From Botryllus schlosseri (lineage: Eukaryota): DNA of 64,000 nucleotides. The stretch is taken from assembly GCA_051294905.1 (NCBI GenBank), contig CM119372.1, positions 19,964,001 through 20,028,000 of the forward strand, read 5' to 3'. Every line of letters begins with the position of its first letter. Positions within the stretch are counted from its first letter, which is position 1. Of the stretch, positions 1 through 13,700 are shown piece by piece. Made by a program: the position numbers and the translations under genes. Below the pieces are notes generated by a model, which had not been told where the DNA came from, searched no databases, and worked only from the letters and a program-made list of their open reading frames with translations.

Positions 1-2103
1 ATTCAAATCAAGTCGAAATACAAGCAATCTCCTCTAAATGAATACTAGTCAGCCTTCATGATCACCGGACCACGACCTAACATATCGACTCGCCTTCCGC
101 CACATGCCACCTCATTTTGTCGCTTGCCTTTTATATTCTCTGCTTTACTTTTCATTCAGTGTTCAACTGCGTATGCCTCTTCTCTACTTCGCCTACCTAG
201 GCCAAAGTGGGTGTCTGATCTCAAAGATATCAATGAAAATATCGGAAGGTGCCGAAGCGACTTGGAGTAGTCTATGGAATCAGACACCCAGCTTGGCCTG
301 GGCGATGTAAAGAGGAGGCATGCACATTGCACAGTTGCACACTGATGAACTTTCCGTACTCAAATGTCTTTATTCTTAATCTTCTCGCAAATATCGCAAA
401 GGTTACTTTTCCAAAGCTCTAGTTGAAAGCCGAATGCCATTGATTGCACCAAGTTATTTCTTTAGTAAATTCAAACTCGAAATATATACCCCAGATACGG
501 ATTGCCGCCCATACCTTCCATTTTATGACCGCTAGAAGGCGCTGGAAGTATATGTTTGAAAATATTATGCTAATCTCATAAATGGCGATTGCGTGCATGC
601 CGGAGCGTTCATAATAATCGTCGATGAGAAAGGTGATGTGCAATATGAGTCGGGATATCAAGATGTTCTGGATATCCCTGGATATTACTAAGTCACAGCT
701 GTTTATAAAAGCATTGTCTGCCAAGAATAGAAACTTGTTAATACTGGCTCGGACAAGTTGTCAACATTACCCATCCACTCGCCAATTTTTATTCAGATGC
801 ATTCGTCGTCCTACGTATTGTATTCCCTTGCTAGAAACACGCCTTCGCTGTTCAATGTGGGCAGTCGTATTCTTTCGCTCTTATCGTGTTTTTTCTCGCG
901 TCTATGAATTAATCCCAGAGCTTTACTGTTCGGACACATTTCATGCCCGACAATCACGTGTATCAAACAGGAAAATAAAATAATAGTACGAACACGGAAC
1001 TTAAAGAATTCCATTGCAGTAATAACGGAAAGTAACTAGATATAAATATTAACTATAAAATGAGTTGCACGAGTATCATCATAAAGTAAAGAAGGTGGCC
1101 TAACATAAACGCTAAACAGTTTGCTGTCTTTTCTCGCCTGGTAGTTCAGTAAAAGAAGTAGATTCAGCCGATGAAATGCTTTCAGTGTAATACCTTTTCT
1201 TTCCTTCTTTCAGCATTTTCCTGATGAAGATGAAAGTGAATGGTTTAGCAAATTAGTCGCATTAGACACCGCATATCCCACTTGAGGGAGCATAAGTGAA
1301 TCTGATAGCCTCTATTGCTAGTCGTCTCATTGAACTGGGAGGGTTTTTATGAGTTATATTTTATCGGGTAATGCATTACCCGTCTGAGAGAACATAAATC
1401 GACAATTCAATGATCGTTGCTTGACAAATCCTGCAAGCCACAGGAATGATTGGAGATGTATAAGGCGACTTACTTCGCCGTCTCTCTTGGAAACTCAATT
1501 ATAATATCTACATATCAGGAAAATATCACTAGTCATCAATGTCAATTTCCGTTATAGACATGTCACAGCGAATGGATGCACTGAATTCGCACTCGGTCTT
1601 ATTGAAGCTTTTGTCCCCAAGGGCGTAGTCGGGCTGTCGGATTTTGATTAATAGCACACTCTACGTTGTCACGAAATTGGAGAATTTATTTGGCCTTGTC
1701 TCTCTTCCTTCGTCAACGCTTTTTAAGCGTTATATATGTCAACAAATTTCACTCCGACTGCTCTATAGGCATAGAGCAGTATGAATAGTGTATAATGCGG
1801 GTAAATTACAATGTCCGCACAGCGCGGACGGCTGCAAATTCACGCAGTTGCGATGTAAAAGCTCCGTTTGATGACAAATGTTGATTTATTTGCGGGATAT
1901 ACTTCGGGACGGAGTGAGACGGAAATATTTTCTAAAAAACACTGTCTATATAGGCATGTCAGCGGCAAACGTACCGGCGTTTCTTCACGATAAGTAAAAT
2001 GATGAATATCAGCAACGATATTACACTGACCACGAGAATGCCGACTTTCATTCTGAAATCATCTGAAAAGTGGAATCGGTTATAGTTCGTAGAGTGGTCA
2101 AGT

Positions 2104-2301
2104 CACTGTTCCCCCTAAGCTGCACGCGTGCGCAATTGCGCAGTGCTGACACAGTCTCTGCTGCGCACAAAAAAATCTAAAGTGCGCACAAAAAAGCCGA
2201 AAAGATGACTTTTTTTGTAGTCGTTACGCACTGTTGTCCAAAGGACGGTGCAGTGAGTTGGTGAGTGTGCGCAGACTCGTGAAAAATTTGAGGGAACATT
2301 G
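2104..2301. mobile_element. MITE of the cactgttccc/gggaacattg family, inserted into another hAT MITE fragment
   Basis: Collinear with 50153-50337; followed by the aacccgtggcccg motif also found at 60983. Confidence 0.75.
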
Positions 2302-5300
2302 TGATCAACCCGTGGCCCGTGAGAAGGTTCCGAGTGGCCCGCAAGGTCATTTTCGAAATTGCTTGGCATTGATAAATTTTTCGTTAGTTAACAAAAAGTG
2401 GAGTATTTCAGACAAATGTATCGAACTTGAGATTTTTCTTCGCTCCACGCGAGATTTTACATTTTACATTTAGTGGACTATATTCCTTACTCTCGATGAG
2501 GTTATCCACCTCGTGAAACAAATGAAACGAATTCATATTTTACTGAATTGAGTATAACGATGTCACGTCATAAAAACATGCTTTAACTAAGTAATTAATA
2601 ACAAGGGACCCAACCGGAAGCAAACTCGCGATATCTTGATAAATAGTCATTAACCGCGTATCATGGGTGCTACACATTTTCGAAGACACCAATTCTATCA
2701 GCTCTACCTGTAAATCTGATCACGTATGCAAGTGCCAATATTTCGCCATCTCATCCGTGGAAACGGTGTCTTATCAAAAAAAGGAAGTGCGCCTTGCTAC
2801 AAGCCGGCAGCTACGGAATAAAAATGAAGGAAATTGACCTGGTGTAAATGACCATAGTAATCTACAAAACACCAGGAATACTTCTTAAAGTTTAAAGTTT
2901 GTTTAAGACTTGGACAAACAATTGCCAATATTACTGCCCTAATTTACTCAATAACTTTCAACATTTTTCGCTATTCGCGTGACTACTATATATACGCACG
3001 ATGAATTTTCTAAACATGAATATTAGCGGTTTAGTTGCGTAGAGAGACGATTGATTTATACATATAATTATAAGTATTGCGCATAACTGCAGCTGCAGTG
3101 TAGTTCCCTTGACAGATAAGTTCATCAGCAATGAAGTGGCCCGCGCAGTCATTCGTACACCGCCATTGTGGCCTTTTTATCTAAAAAGGTTGGACGTTCT
3201 AGGATATTCGGTTCGGTATTGCTCACTTCAACGGTTTGTCCAGTGGAATAGTCATGATTAGTGTTTTTTTTTTAATAAAAAAAAACGTTGTATAATTAAG
3301 CCATAATTGTATAAGTAGGCCTGCCTTCGAAAAAACATGTAACATAAGCCTACGAACGATTTGCATCCAGCATGTTTGTTTTAAATTGATTTTTGTTTGT
3401 AACTGCAACCGCATTAATTATTATCAACACCAGCTAGCTATGGCAGCTGATGGCAAATAGCATGCTACCGTAGATCTTTTACAAAGAGAAAAGTCAACGC
3501 TCATATCACATGATAAATGCCAGATTCATTATAAATGTAATCGGCTCAAGTCTTGCAATTTTACAATTCACATGAAGGCACATCTTTCAGGATTAGAAAT
3601 TTGTGGTGTCGACAGTCGGTCTTTCTTTCTCACATTTAGAACGTAATCGAAGGATGAAGAAGGACCTACGATTCTATGGGGTACGTGAGTTCGTAGCAAC
3701 AAGTTAAGAGTGCATCGCACCAAAAAAGTTTCAGCTATAAAGAACCTATATGTTATAGGATATATAGGATATATCTACGTGAGTATCGGAGGTTTATCTA
3801 TGGCAGTGGATCTCAAACTGGGGTCCGCGGTCCTTTCGGGATCCTCGGAACCATTTTTTAGGGCTGCGAAGCACATTCCGAAAATTTCACATGATCCAGA
3901 AAAATAATTCGGAACATAAAAAATGTCAGACCACTATTTTTAAAGCAAACTCGAATGTGGCTCGACAGTACATCGTTAATCAGCATAAAGTAGAGTATTT
4001 TGATGCAGAATTATTCAATTTTAAATTTCAGTCGCGTTTTAGTCTCACTAAATATTTCTTGATCTTATTGTATGCGTATGCGCTCCCGGACAAAATAGGC
4101 AAAGTTTTACAGAAATATGTCTACCTGTATTCGCAATCATGATAGCATCGCTTGGGGCCATTAGGATGCTTTAGTCTGAGGGTACCCAACCTGCGGGTGC
4201 ATCATCGACATTTCGGCGCTGGGCCTTTCCGCGCTAGGACACACCAAGTAAGGAAGGTTTGGCCAACATATGCGACTTCACAGGAAGTGCGCTGTCGAAA
4301 AGATCACCAGCAATAAAGCCGTGGTTCAAAATCATCACCCGCATGGTGGCCGGATCCATCGTTATTGATATGTCGAGGCCCCGAAACATGCACCAAGGAA
4401 ATGCGAATTGAAAAGGAATTTTTCCTAGTTTAGTCTGGTACGTGCGAGCGATTCCGAAATTTCTTCGGAGTAGAGACAATGGTTGTATTCTTGTATTGTA
4501 TTGATTTTGTAAGGGACCGTGAGCGTCATTTAAAAAATTGCCGAAGGACCGTTTCGTGAATTTTATTGAAAAGTTTGAGAAACACTGATCTATAGGCTGC
4601 TCGTCATCCAATCCGAATATGCGGTGTCTTACAAAAACCCTATAGATAGAAATTAGGCCGCGCTAAAAGTAGGCAATTCGGGGATTATAATAAGCAATCT
4701 CGGTATATACCTTGAATTTCAAACTATTCATGAATCGATAAAGATTTCCGATATATCGTTGGCCAGTATTTATTGGAAGTCGAAAATAAGCAATGAAAAT
4801 ATATACAATCTGTTTGCTTACTCTGAATGCTTTGCATTCACGTCGATTTGCACAAGGGACTTATAAATCTTTATTCTTCTTCCTACTTCCAGTATACTTC
4901 CTCAAATATATAAAATTACGCGTGATCGTTGAATATTAGTTTTGAAAGATAACTGAAACTCACATTCACAGCCTAACTGACCTCGTTCAACGATCAATTC
5001 GAGAAGATACTCCTAATTACACTCGATCGTAGCTTTCACAACACCAAATAACATTGTTAGCAAATGATATAGATATAGTGTACATATCCACTAGATAGAA
5101 ACCGAAATTGAAGATCTGTATTGGCAAAAATAAATAGCCGGCCGTAACCCATTCATTTTTGGATATGCAACTCGGGAACAGAGTCCTGTCCAAATCATGT
5201 CCCGGTTTAAGATTCAAATTCGGAATATCTTTTCAGTCACGGCGAAATTCAAAATCAACTCCAATGATATGATTAACATCCATTCAAATATCGCACAAAA

Positions 5301-7701
5301 ATTTTTGATATCTCATGTCCAAATCCAAATCCAAATGCGGCTAAAATAAATTCCTAAATCTTTATCCAATCCAAATCCGGCTACTTTACACATCCCCGCT
5401 GATGTATAGTAAGGAATTTAAAAATGCCATCGACTTACGTGACTTCCCTTCCTTTATTATGTCCATTAACTCATCGCTTGCGTCCTCAGTCGGTATATTG
5501 GGATGTTCGTTTTCCACCATATCTGCATTCGCGAAATAAGAATTATCTTCAGCGTCGCATTACGAACGCTGGTACCAGCTTTATATATATATGTCCAAAA
5601 ATCCGCAGGTAATGATTAAAGTTATAACTCGTACTCACTTTGATCCATTGTCCTTCTCTATTCTTTCATGTCAGATCTATTCAGCATGGAGCCTTTTACT
5701 GGCAAGGATATATTACGTCTGCAAGTCAAACAGATAATGGTTGATGAACAAATTTAACGGCGGGAAAGTCAATGGATCCAGATTTTTTTGCGGCGGCACT
5801 GCTTTTACTACTCGACCTGAAGGCTCTTGACCCCAACGCAAACAAATACGTTTTGATCTTTGTTGATGAAATCGTTGTTTTCCTATAGAATTACTGTGAC
5901 TGAATCTCGCAACTATTCAACAGCATATTGTGAAGTACGAGTTAAAGTAGAATGCACTCACTCATACCAATATTCCACATCACCTTTCGCATTCAGAGCA
6001 CAAACATCTATCATATTTTTACTACAGGTACACTCGACTGTTAAATTTCTTTATATAGTTAATACTGATACGACTCACAAAGACTGCCGAAAGCCTAGTA
6101 GCTATGCTGTCGGAAGGGGAGGCCAGCGATAGTATATCTCGGTCTGGTCTCACCAAATACTTCAACACGGGTATTAAATATTTCGTCAGTCGGATCTTAG
6201 CAGAGATGGGAGTTGAGGATAGAATTAATTGCTCATGTGGCAATAAGAAATAAGATAGGTAACAGCAGTTAATTCGCTATAAGCTACAAACAATGTCAGC
6301 TAGATGTCTGGACGCCACTTTTCGCCTAGCTTGTCTTGCGTGAAAGACATGTGGTAACTGGACTCTTGCCACGAACGATATTTTTGCTCGAATGGCACAT
6401 GACTTGTAGTTTTCAATCGAATTGGTAAACCGCAACAGCATCTTAGTACACTTCACTGGGCGTGTTTTTGACTCATTTCATTGACTTCTGCATGTTTGTA
6501 AAGAACATATGGACGTTGATAATGGCTTTATTATCTCTTGAGAATAATGAAATAAATCAATATTACATAGGAATGTAGATTGCAGATCTATTTTTGTAGA
6601 AGGGTTAGCGGTAATGAGTCGTTGTGACCTCAATCTCACAAAATACGTAAGTTCGGATTGAAAAGAAGTTAAGCTGCACACAGTGTACGGTGTACAGTAC
6701 AGTTCAGTTACGGCTGATATCGGGTATTGCGGTCGAGTCTCTCTATATATGTAAAACTTCTCTCATGACGACATGACTACGAACTGCTTTGAACTGTTAG
6801 CAAAATGTCTTACAAAGTATACACTTAGTCACAAATCATTTGACCAACCTAATTTCAATGATTCAGAAAACAACGTGGCGAGATGACCTTCACCTCTTTT
6901 AAATATTTCGTCGTTAGTTTCGTGATAAATTATCCAATGTTTGCAGTTTACGCCATGCGACGCGAAAATGAATTTTTTTTAAGCTTTGTGGCCGACGAGT
7001 GTCGTCGGCAAACGTTGCGTGGGAGCTTATCGACTAAAGTTCATTGACCGCTTCGTCGATGACGTAACGCATCAGCGATGCGTGTCTGAGATATTCTTGG
7101 CTTTGTTTTATGGAGCATCAGAAGTCGAAGAACGCATCTTTCTGGGAGATCTTCGACAGAGATCGTAGAAATTTCAGAATTCTTGTGAACTGTGATCGTC
7201 AGATCATGAGGAATTATATGATCATTTTAACAATACGGCCGGCAGGTCATTGTGTGTTCGTGCTATTGTTGGGCTTTATTTGCATAAGCCTTGGTAGACA
7301 GTGGTGTTGTGCTATAGCTCGCTCATTCCCGTGATAGTGAATGTGAGTAGAACTTGGGCGATACTGTTAAAAGGTTAGCTCAAAAAGACGCCGTAGGCTC
7401 TTGATAGCTAAAGCGTTGAGCAATCAGCTTTGCCAAGACCGCATCGCTGTCGTAACCAAAGATAGCTTGATAGTGTTGTTTTGTTATTATCGCAGGCGAG
7501 TGACGTACTAACTATAGATGTAAGAAGAAAGTCAACAGTCTGGGTACCATCGTATCGTAAAAAGTAGAGCATGTTACATTCCGGTAATGTTGTATATATA
7601 CGTATGTGCAGACTGTCCTATGTAGGCATATCGTGTAGTCTGACCTTCTGAGCGGTATCTCCTCGAATAAAAACCTTCCGAGAGTCGGACATCCTGGAAA
7701 C

Positions 7702-7767
7702 ATGAATGATAGCTTAGGGACGAACGAATTTAGTGGAAATGGGAGACAAGTGGAAATTTTGTCCGAG
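7702..7767 (+). CDS. SLC51A: OST-alpha-like exon 1 (MNDSLGTNEFSGNGRQVEILSE)
   Basis: ATG at 7702; phase-0 donor GAG|gtgatt matches the phase of exon 2. Little homology support, so this is the least certain exon. Confidence 0.6.
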
Positions 7768-10700
7768 GTGATTACTTTAATTCAGTGATTCGAATCGCAT
7801 GCACTTTGGTTACCCGCTTAACCCACTCTGGTTTCTGACAGAACACCACAGTGGACTTGAATTTGCAGATATTCCGAAAACAATGCGCCGGAGACCCTCC
7901 ATCTGCGTTGGAAATAGTGACAAGTAAGACGCTTTCTGTGTTATATTCTCATCAAAGAAGCTCTATTCACTAGAAAATCAAAACCGACTTAGAACAACAG
8001 CACTATCTCTATTTCCGTAATGACTGCAATATTGAAAACTGTACCCACAACGCGCATTAAGCTATGAAAAGCTGGCTGGGAAACGATTCCACTAAATTCA
8101 CTCTGCTGGCGCAAAATATATTACTATTGTAATAACCATTCAAAACCATACGTATAGCGACAAAGCAAACATATGCTTCGAGGATTATGATGACGCGATA
8201 TCCTTCCGATTTAATGATATCGAATCGAAATGCTTAATTGAACATAGTTTATGTATGTCATGCTGTACGATGTGATTTTACGCAGCTATCCAATTGAGTT
8301 CCGAATTATTTCGTGAATACAATAACTACACGAGTTAACTGACTAGGTGTCTGTCTAATGACATTAAATACAACCTTTCGCCCTGAGCGTGGATTCATTC
8401 GTAACCTTGGTTTCGCAAAATGATTTATATTCTCCTGAATCTTATATGCTGCAAGGACTGCGTTGTCAATTTATTTCCACGTAAATATCAACGCCGAGAT
8501 GTCACACTAGTACAACTTAAATACTCAGAGTAAAGTTTCCTACACAGTCTATCCACCTGAATGCATGATCGGCGAAGACATCTCTGTCGACACTGTAGCC
8601 TATCTGGACATTGGACAACTATTGTCAGCCACCCTGCCTTTCGAAAGAAGATGCTTTTCTTTTATATGGTCCCGCGCCGTTTGGGAATCACTGTGCTCAA
8701 AGTGCAATGCACAAGAAAGGACGTATTTTTGTTATGTCTTCGTGCAGTCGAAAATAACGATGTACAACATACTTCAGCTTATCAGCGAAACAAATAATGG
8801 ATACTGCAATGCCTGTTTATTTTTCGTATCATGCAAACTATAGAGGCAGAGCAACATTTAAACTATCCAGCCTTTGAATATTTTGTTATACTGACTTAGA
8901 ATTAGCTATGACTGAATTAGCTATGTTGGACATTTGTGCCATCTTAGCGTCCTTTATGGCGTGGGCACAAGCAAATCTCACTGTTCACTGCGATTGGTCT
9001 ACGTCACTATTTTCATTTGGCCAAAGGCAATTGACGGTGATTTTTGACCGACTTGCCGAGCTCGAAAAATCATAAGATTGGTATCAATCGAAAGGTATCG
9101 GGGTCAAATGGAAAGTGTGACGTGGATCAATCGTAGTGAGCCGTGTGATTTGCTTGTGTTCACACCATATAGAACACTATGGTGCCACGGTTACGGACGT
9201 ACATTGCCCACGTCAAGTTTGCGGTTAGTATATCCTATTTTAAATGTGAAAATGTGTACTTCATCGATTTGAAAAAAAAATGCCGTCTCATACGTGATCT
9301 TTGTGGTGTACCCAGTGCGAGGCAAAAGGTGTTTTCCCTCTAATCAGAGATGACCGTGGATTTTGATTCGATAAATCCAGATTTTATGATTTGGGCCGGA
9401 TTATATCGGATTTAGATTTACGATTGTTTGGAGGCTGGATTTGAATTTAGACTTTTCCATTTTCATGCGACTTTTGGATTGGAAAATACTAAATACGCTC
9501 ATCTCTGCCTGTTAGCTATTGAGTTTTAGGCACTGTGGAATCGAATTACTGCGCTCAAGTATGCGAACCTATACCGAACGAAAAAAAGGTATATGACTTT
9601 GGCGATGGATTGTGTATAAGTTACGATCAGTGGCCTTTTTGACAGGGTGGAGCAATGCATAACTAGGGTATAATACTGTCCGCGACTTCATCCAAGCTAC
9701 AGAATTGACCCGTCACCACTTTTGTGTTTGAGAACCCTCGTCAAGACTGTATACGAGTAAAGTCAATGGCTATTTTATTATCATATAAAGCTAGTTATGT
9801 CGTAGGAAGTTCAAGTCAATTACTTAATTTCGAACATATCGCTACACTCTTTCCAGTTGTGTTTTGACATTCGATGAGTTCAAGGCGGCCCGATCCTTAG
9901 CACGTTCGATTAATCCATCCATATCATAATTTTCGACCTTTTTCTCGGCCTGTCTGCGAGGCTTTACTCAATTACGATAAAGGCAACGTGCATCATAAGT
10001 TTACAACACTGACTTTTTCCAGAGACCACGCCTACATCATAATTACAAGGGAGTAAATCAAAATGACTCGGCTTGATGCAATTCACTAATCATAAACCGG
10101 AAGCTGATAGTCGGAATCGGGAACAAGCATGTACTCTACTGTCGTATTGCATTGTTCTGTCCGATATCCAATGATTTTTCTGTACCTGAAGTGACCTATG
10201 ACCACCGAGCATGAGTGAAGTAGGTCAAGCTGTGTACCAACCTTTATGATATGAATTGAGACTTTTCATAAATTGCTATAGTCACGGGAGCTTTGGCGAT
10301 TGCATTATTATTAATGTCTTACGACACTCTTATACTGTGCAAGAATTGAGTAGTACCAGATTTGTGAAATATTCCATAAAATGCCCTTACTGGATAGCAG
10401 TCACGTATGGTGAACAATTCATCGTTTATATTTGTCAAATTACTGTTATTAGTCGAAAACCCTAGTTGAAATGTATGTCAAATTCTAATATCGTCAGAAA
10501 ATATCGTCGCTAACGGAAAAAATATATTATATCGGTGGTCGCCAGACATTCGAGCATGCCACACAATGAAAAACGACAGCTGCGCCAATGAGCAATGCTC
10601 ATTGAGCATGCGACACTTTCTATTATGTCGCATGGTCAATGTTCATTGTTCATATGTCCTCGGACCGGTCAATATCAAAATTCGGATATAGGTCAGGCTC

Positions 10701-13700
10701 TAATTTCATTGGCGTGGTCGACGCTATTTTGTCGCAGGCCTAAACGTGTTTATCATATTTCTATTCTTCCAGATTTGGATTCCACGAACCTCATCATTCA
10801 CCTCATATTGATAGTAATGGCCTTCACAACTGTCGCAATATTTGTGGAAGAAATTTTCTATTTGCGAAGTAAAATCCGTCGGAATTACAGAAGACGGCGA
10901 ATGTCTGTTCTTCAGGTAATTACTAATCAAATAAAGTTCCAACGATAGCGAAAATACTCGTAAAACGAGCGTAAATCGACCGCTTTATAACCTCATTTAG
11001 TGTCAACAGCCTACGGTATTCTCACTACAATACAGTCGCCGGCGTCCAGTAAGGATTGTAAACGCGGTACACGATTGTTGTGAGTTAAGCTGGGGAGAAA
11101 CTATAGCTTTACGATTTGAACACTGATAATGTTCCTAAAATTTTACCACCCCGTCATTGCGACGGTAAAGATGTATAGTTGATTGGTAGATTTAATCACT
11201 TGTCGAAAATTAAAACATCCTTTGATGCCGTCACAATATGTAGGTGAAGGGTCATCACGTAATGAGAAAAGAGATACGAGAAGTAACGTCGTAACACGAT
11301 AATGCTTCAGGCAATAGAACATGGATTATTACCTATTTCGTCGCGGTTTTTAATTAATTGACTAACCTTTCACCTACTTTTGTATGTCGCGTGACATGTT
11401 CAACTACGCTGATGACGTAAATGGGTGAAAACGTGGAATCAACCCGAAATACGCTTGGTAATGTGTGACATAAATGTAAATGTAAATGTGTGTGTAAATG
11501 TAAACGGATGGATGTAGCATCAATTTCCTATACTTTACCAGGTGGGATATAGCCTAGCTGAGACATCGTCAAAAAAATAATATTTTATTACAGAAGTTTT
11601 TTTTGCCACTTTAACATTTAGTCGATCGACTCGTCCAAGTCACTCATCAATCTAAGATACCAAGTTCTAAACCGGTGGTTCTCAATCTCTGGTCCCAGTT
11701 AAATTTCCGGCCAGTGCGCCAAATATATTACAATATTATTGTCAATGGCAAAATGTAGTAAGTTGAAGGCTTGTCTAGTAATTAGAAAAATAAAACACCA
11801 AATTTTGAACAGATTTTGAAATTTGGAACGTATATACTTGAGAACGCTCTTCGGGGTGATATAGAGTAGGCCTACAAGGTCTACCTTCGGATTCTTTGTT
11901 TTGGGCTGCATACTTTTGTAGTATTTACTTTTGTTTTGAAGTTTTACCCGTCCTCGAACTGAAACGGTTCAGATTCACTGTTCTAGACAAGGGGTGGGTA
12001 ACCTGCGGCCGTAGAAGAAAATTTCTGCGGCCGCGGACTCGTAATTCAATTCTTATATGTTGGCGGCCGTCGACAGGAAAATGGAATTTACGAATTGACT
12101 CCCGAATTTTTGGAAGATTTAATTGATCTTGAAATTTGGCGCGATTCAGCGCGACTTTTTCGTAGCGCCCTTTGCAATCATAGCCTCAGAGTACTGATGC
12201 GAACAGCGGAAAAAAAGCGATGCATATATGGAAATATATAAATATGGAAATACCAAATTGGAATTGTGTGCTTGTTTCTGGTACGTTTGGAATTTGTTTC
12301 TGGTACGTTTGGGAGATTCCAATATCTTACCATTGTACCGACAATCCTGATGGGGGCTCAAGAAATAACAGCATGCAACAAAGTGACTAATATAACAATT
12401 AGTCCACCTGAATATGCATCATCATTTACAACTTGCCCTAAATTTTCGAAATCACTTCATCCATCAACTCTCTCTACCCGTGAATCTGATCACATAGGCT
12501 GAGAAAGGATATATATTTGACAGTAATATGTGAAACTACTACTACTACTTCTACTACTACTAATATTAATGACGAAATTCATCCGTGAATCTAAAAGAAT
12601 TATCGCGTCTTGCGCGACGAAAACCGCTCCGATTACATGACCACTAGCGATTTCGATGCGTATAATAAGACGATATGAAAAGGTAGATTAGTCTGGAGTT
12701 CACCGGAAAGAGGCATGGATAGTTTAACATGGGTATTTGGTGTCCAGTTTGTTCATTGCGACTATGACCTGGAATGCGGCCGTAGACTACATAAGTAATC
12801 GAAATGCGGCCGTGAATAGCGAAAAGGTTGCCCACCCCTGTTCTAGACCATGCTTTCATCCTTTACTACCAGTTCCAAAATGTTTTTCGCAAATAACGAA
12901 ACAGCAGAAAATAATTGATTATAATTATCGGTCTGGTTATACCGTGCCATACTAAATTGTGACATTTACACAGATGTAGTCACAAAGCAGTCACCGCTGA
13001 TGATTGTCTTGCTGCTGTTGTTTTTTGGTAATCTTGGTATTTCGACTATTATGGTCATTTACACCAGGTCGATATTCCTTATTCTGGTTCCCGATCCGTC
13101 GACTTGTAGCAAAAGCTACTTGACTAGAAGTACTTCGTTTCTCATTACGTCTGCATGCGCATTTATGGAATGAGAAGTGATTCGACGATGCCTATACCAC
13201 AAAATATCATGTTTTTTATGCACGTTATAAACTATCGTGTAGTCTTTTAACAGTAAATCGTTCTGTACTATTAGGCTGGAATTCCACCCACATTTGCGTT
13301 GACCGCTGCGGTCGGTACCTTTTTTCCGCGCGGAAACCTCATGATCGATTTCGTATGTTCAGTGTGAGTATCGCCTTATCTTTTCCGGAATAACAACATA
13401 ACATCACTATCCATCACGTTGACGTAGGTATTTCGGTTTTGCGATGCACGCGCTGCTGAACTTGATGGTGAACTACTACGGGGGTATCTCGGCGATGTTG
13501 CAAAGGCTCGACGGTGTGAAGGTTAGACTGAGCACGCCCCCGCTATGCTGCTGTTGTCGGTGTTTACCGATGGTGCCGATGACGAGGTTGGTACGAACCT
13601 GCGTCATAGAAACGCAAAGTGAACCTGAAATTTACAGACTATCACGCAGCTCAGCCAGTGGTGGTCAGTAATACAATCCCTGTGTTTCCCTACTTGCATT

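Noticed and set aside
1220-1240. CTGATGA...GAAA hammerhead-like core
   Set aside because: No stem II or stem I pairing is possible.
3473-3684. Exon-like segments with good splice signals (3640-3684, ERNRRMKKDLRFYGV)
   Set aside because: Could not be joined into a consistent open model (joining to 3473-3537 creates TAA), and no recognisable protein results.
4150-4620. 125-aa minus-strand ORF and a possible HDV-like ribozyme or zinc-finger at 4150-4300
   Set aside because: Could not fit the P1/P1.1/P3 topology (P1 mismatch, no GG after P1); translations show no convincing family motif.
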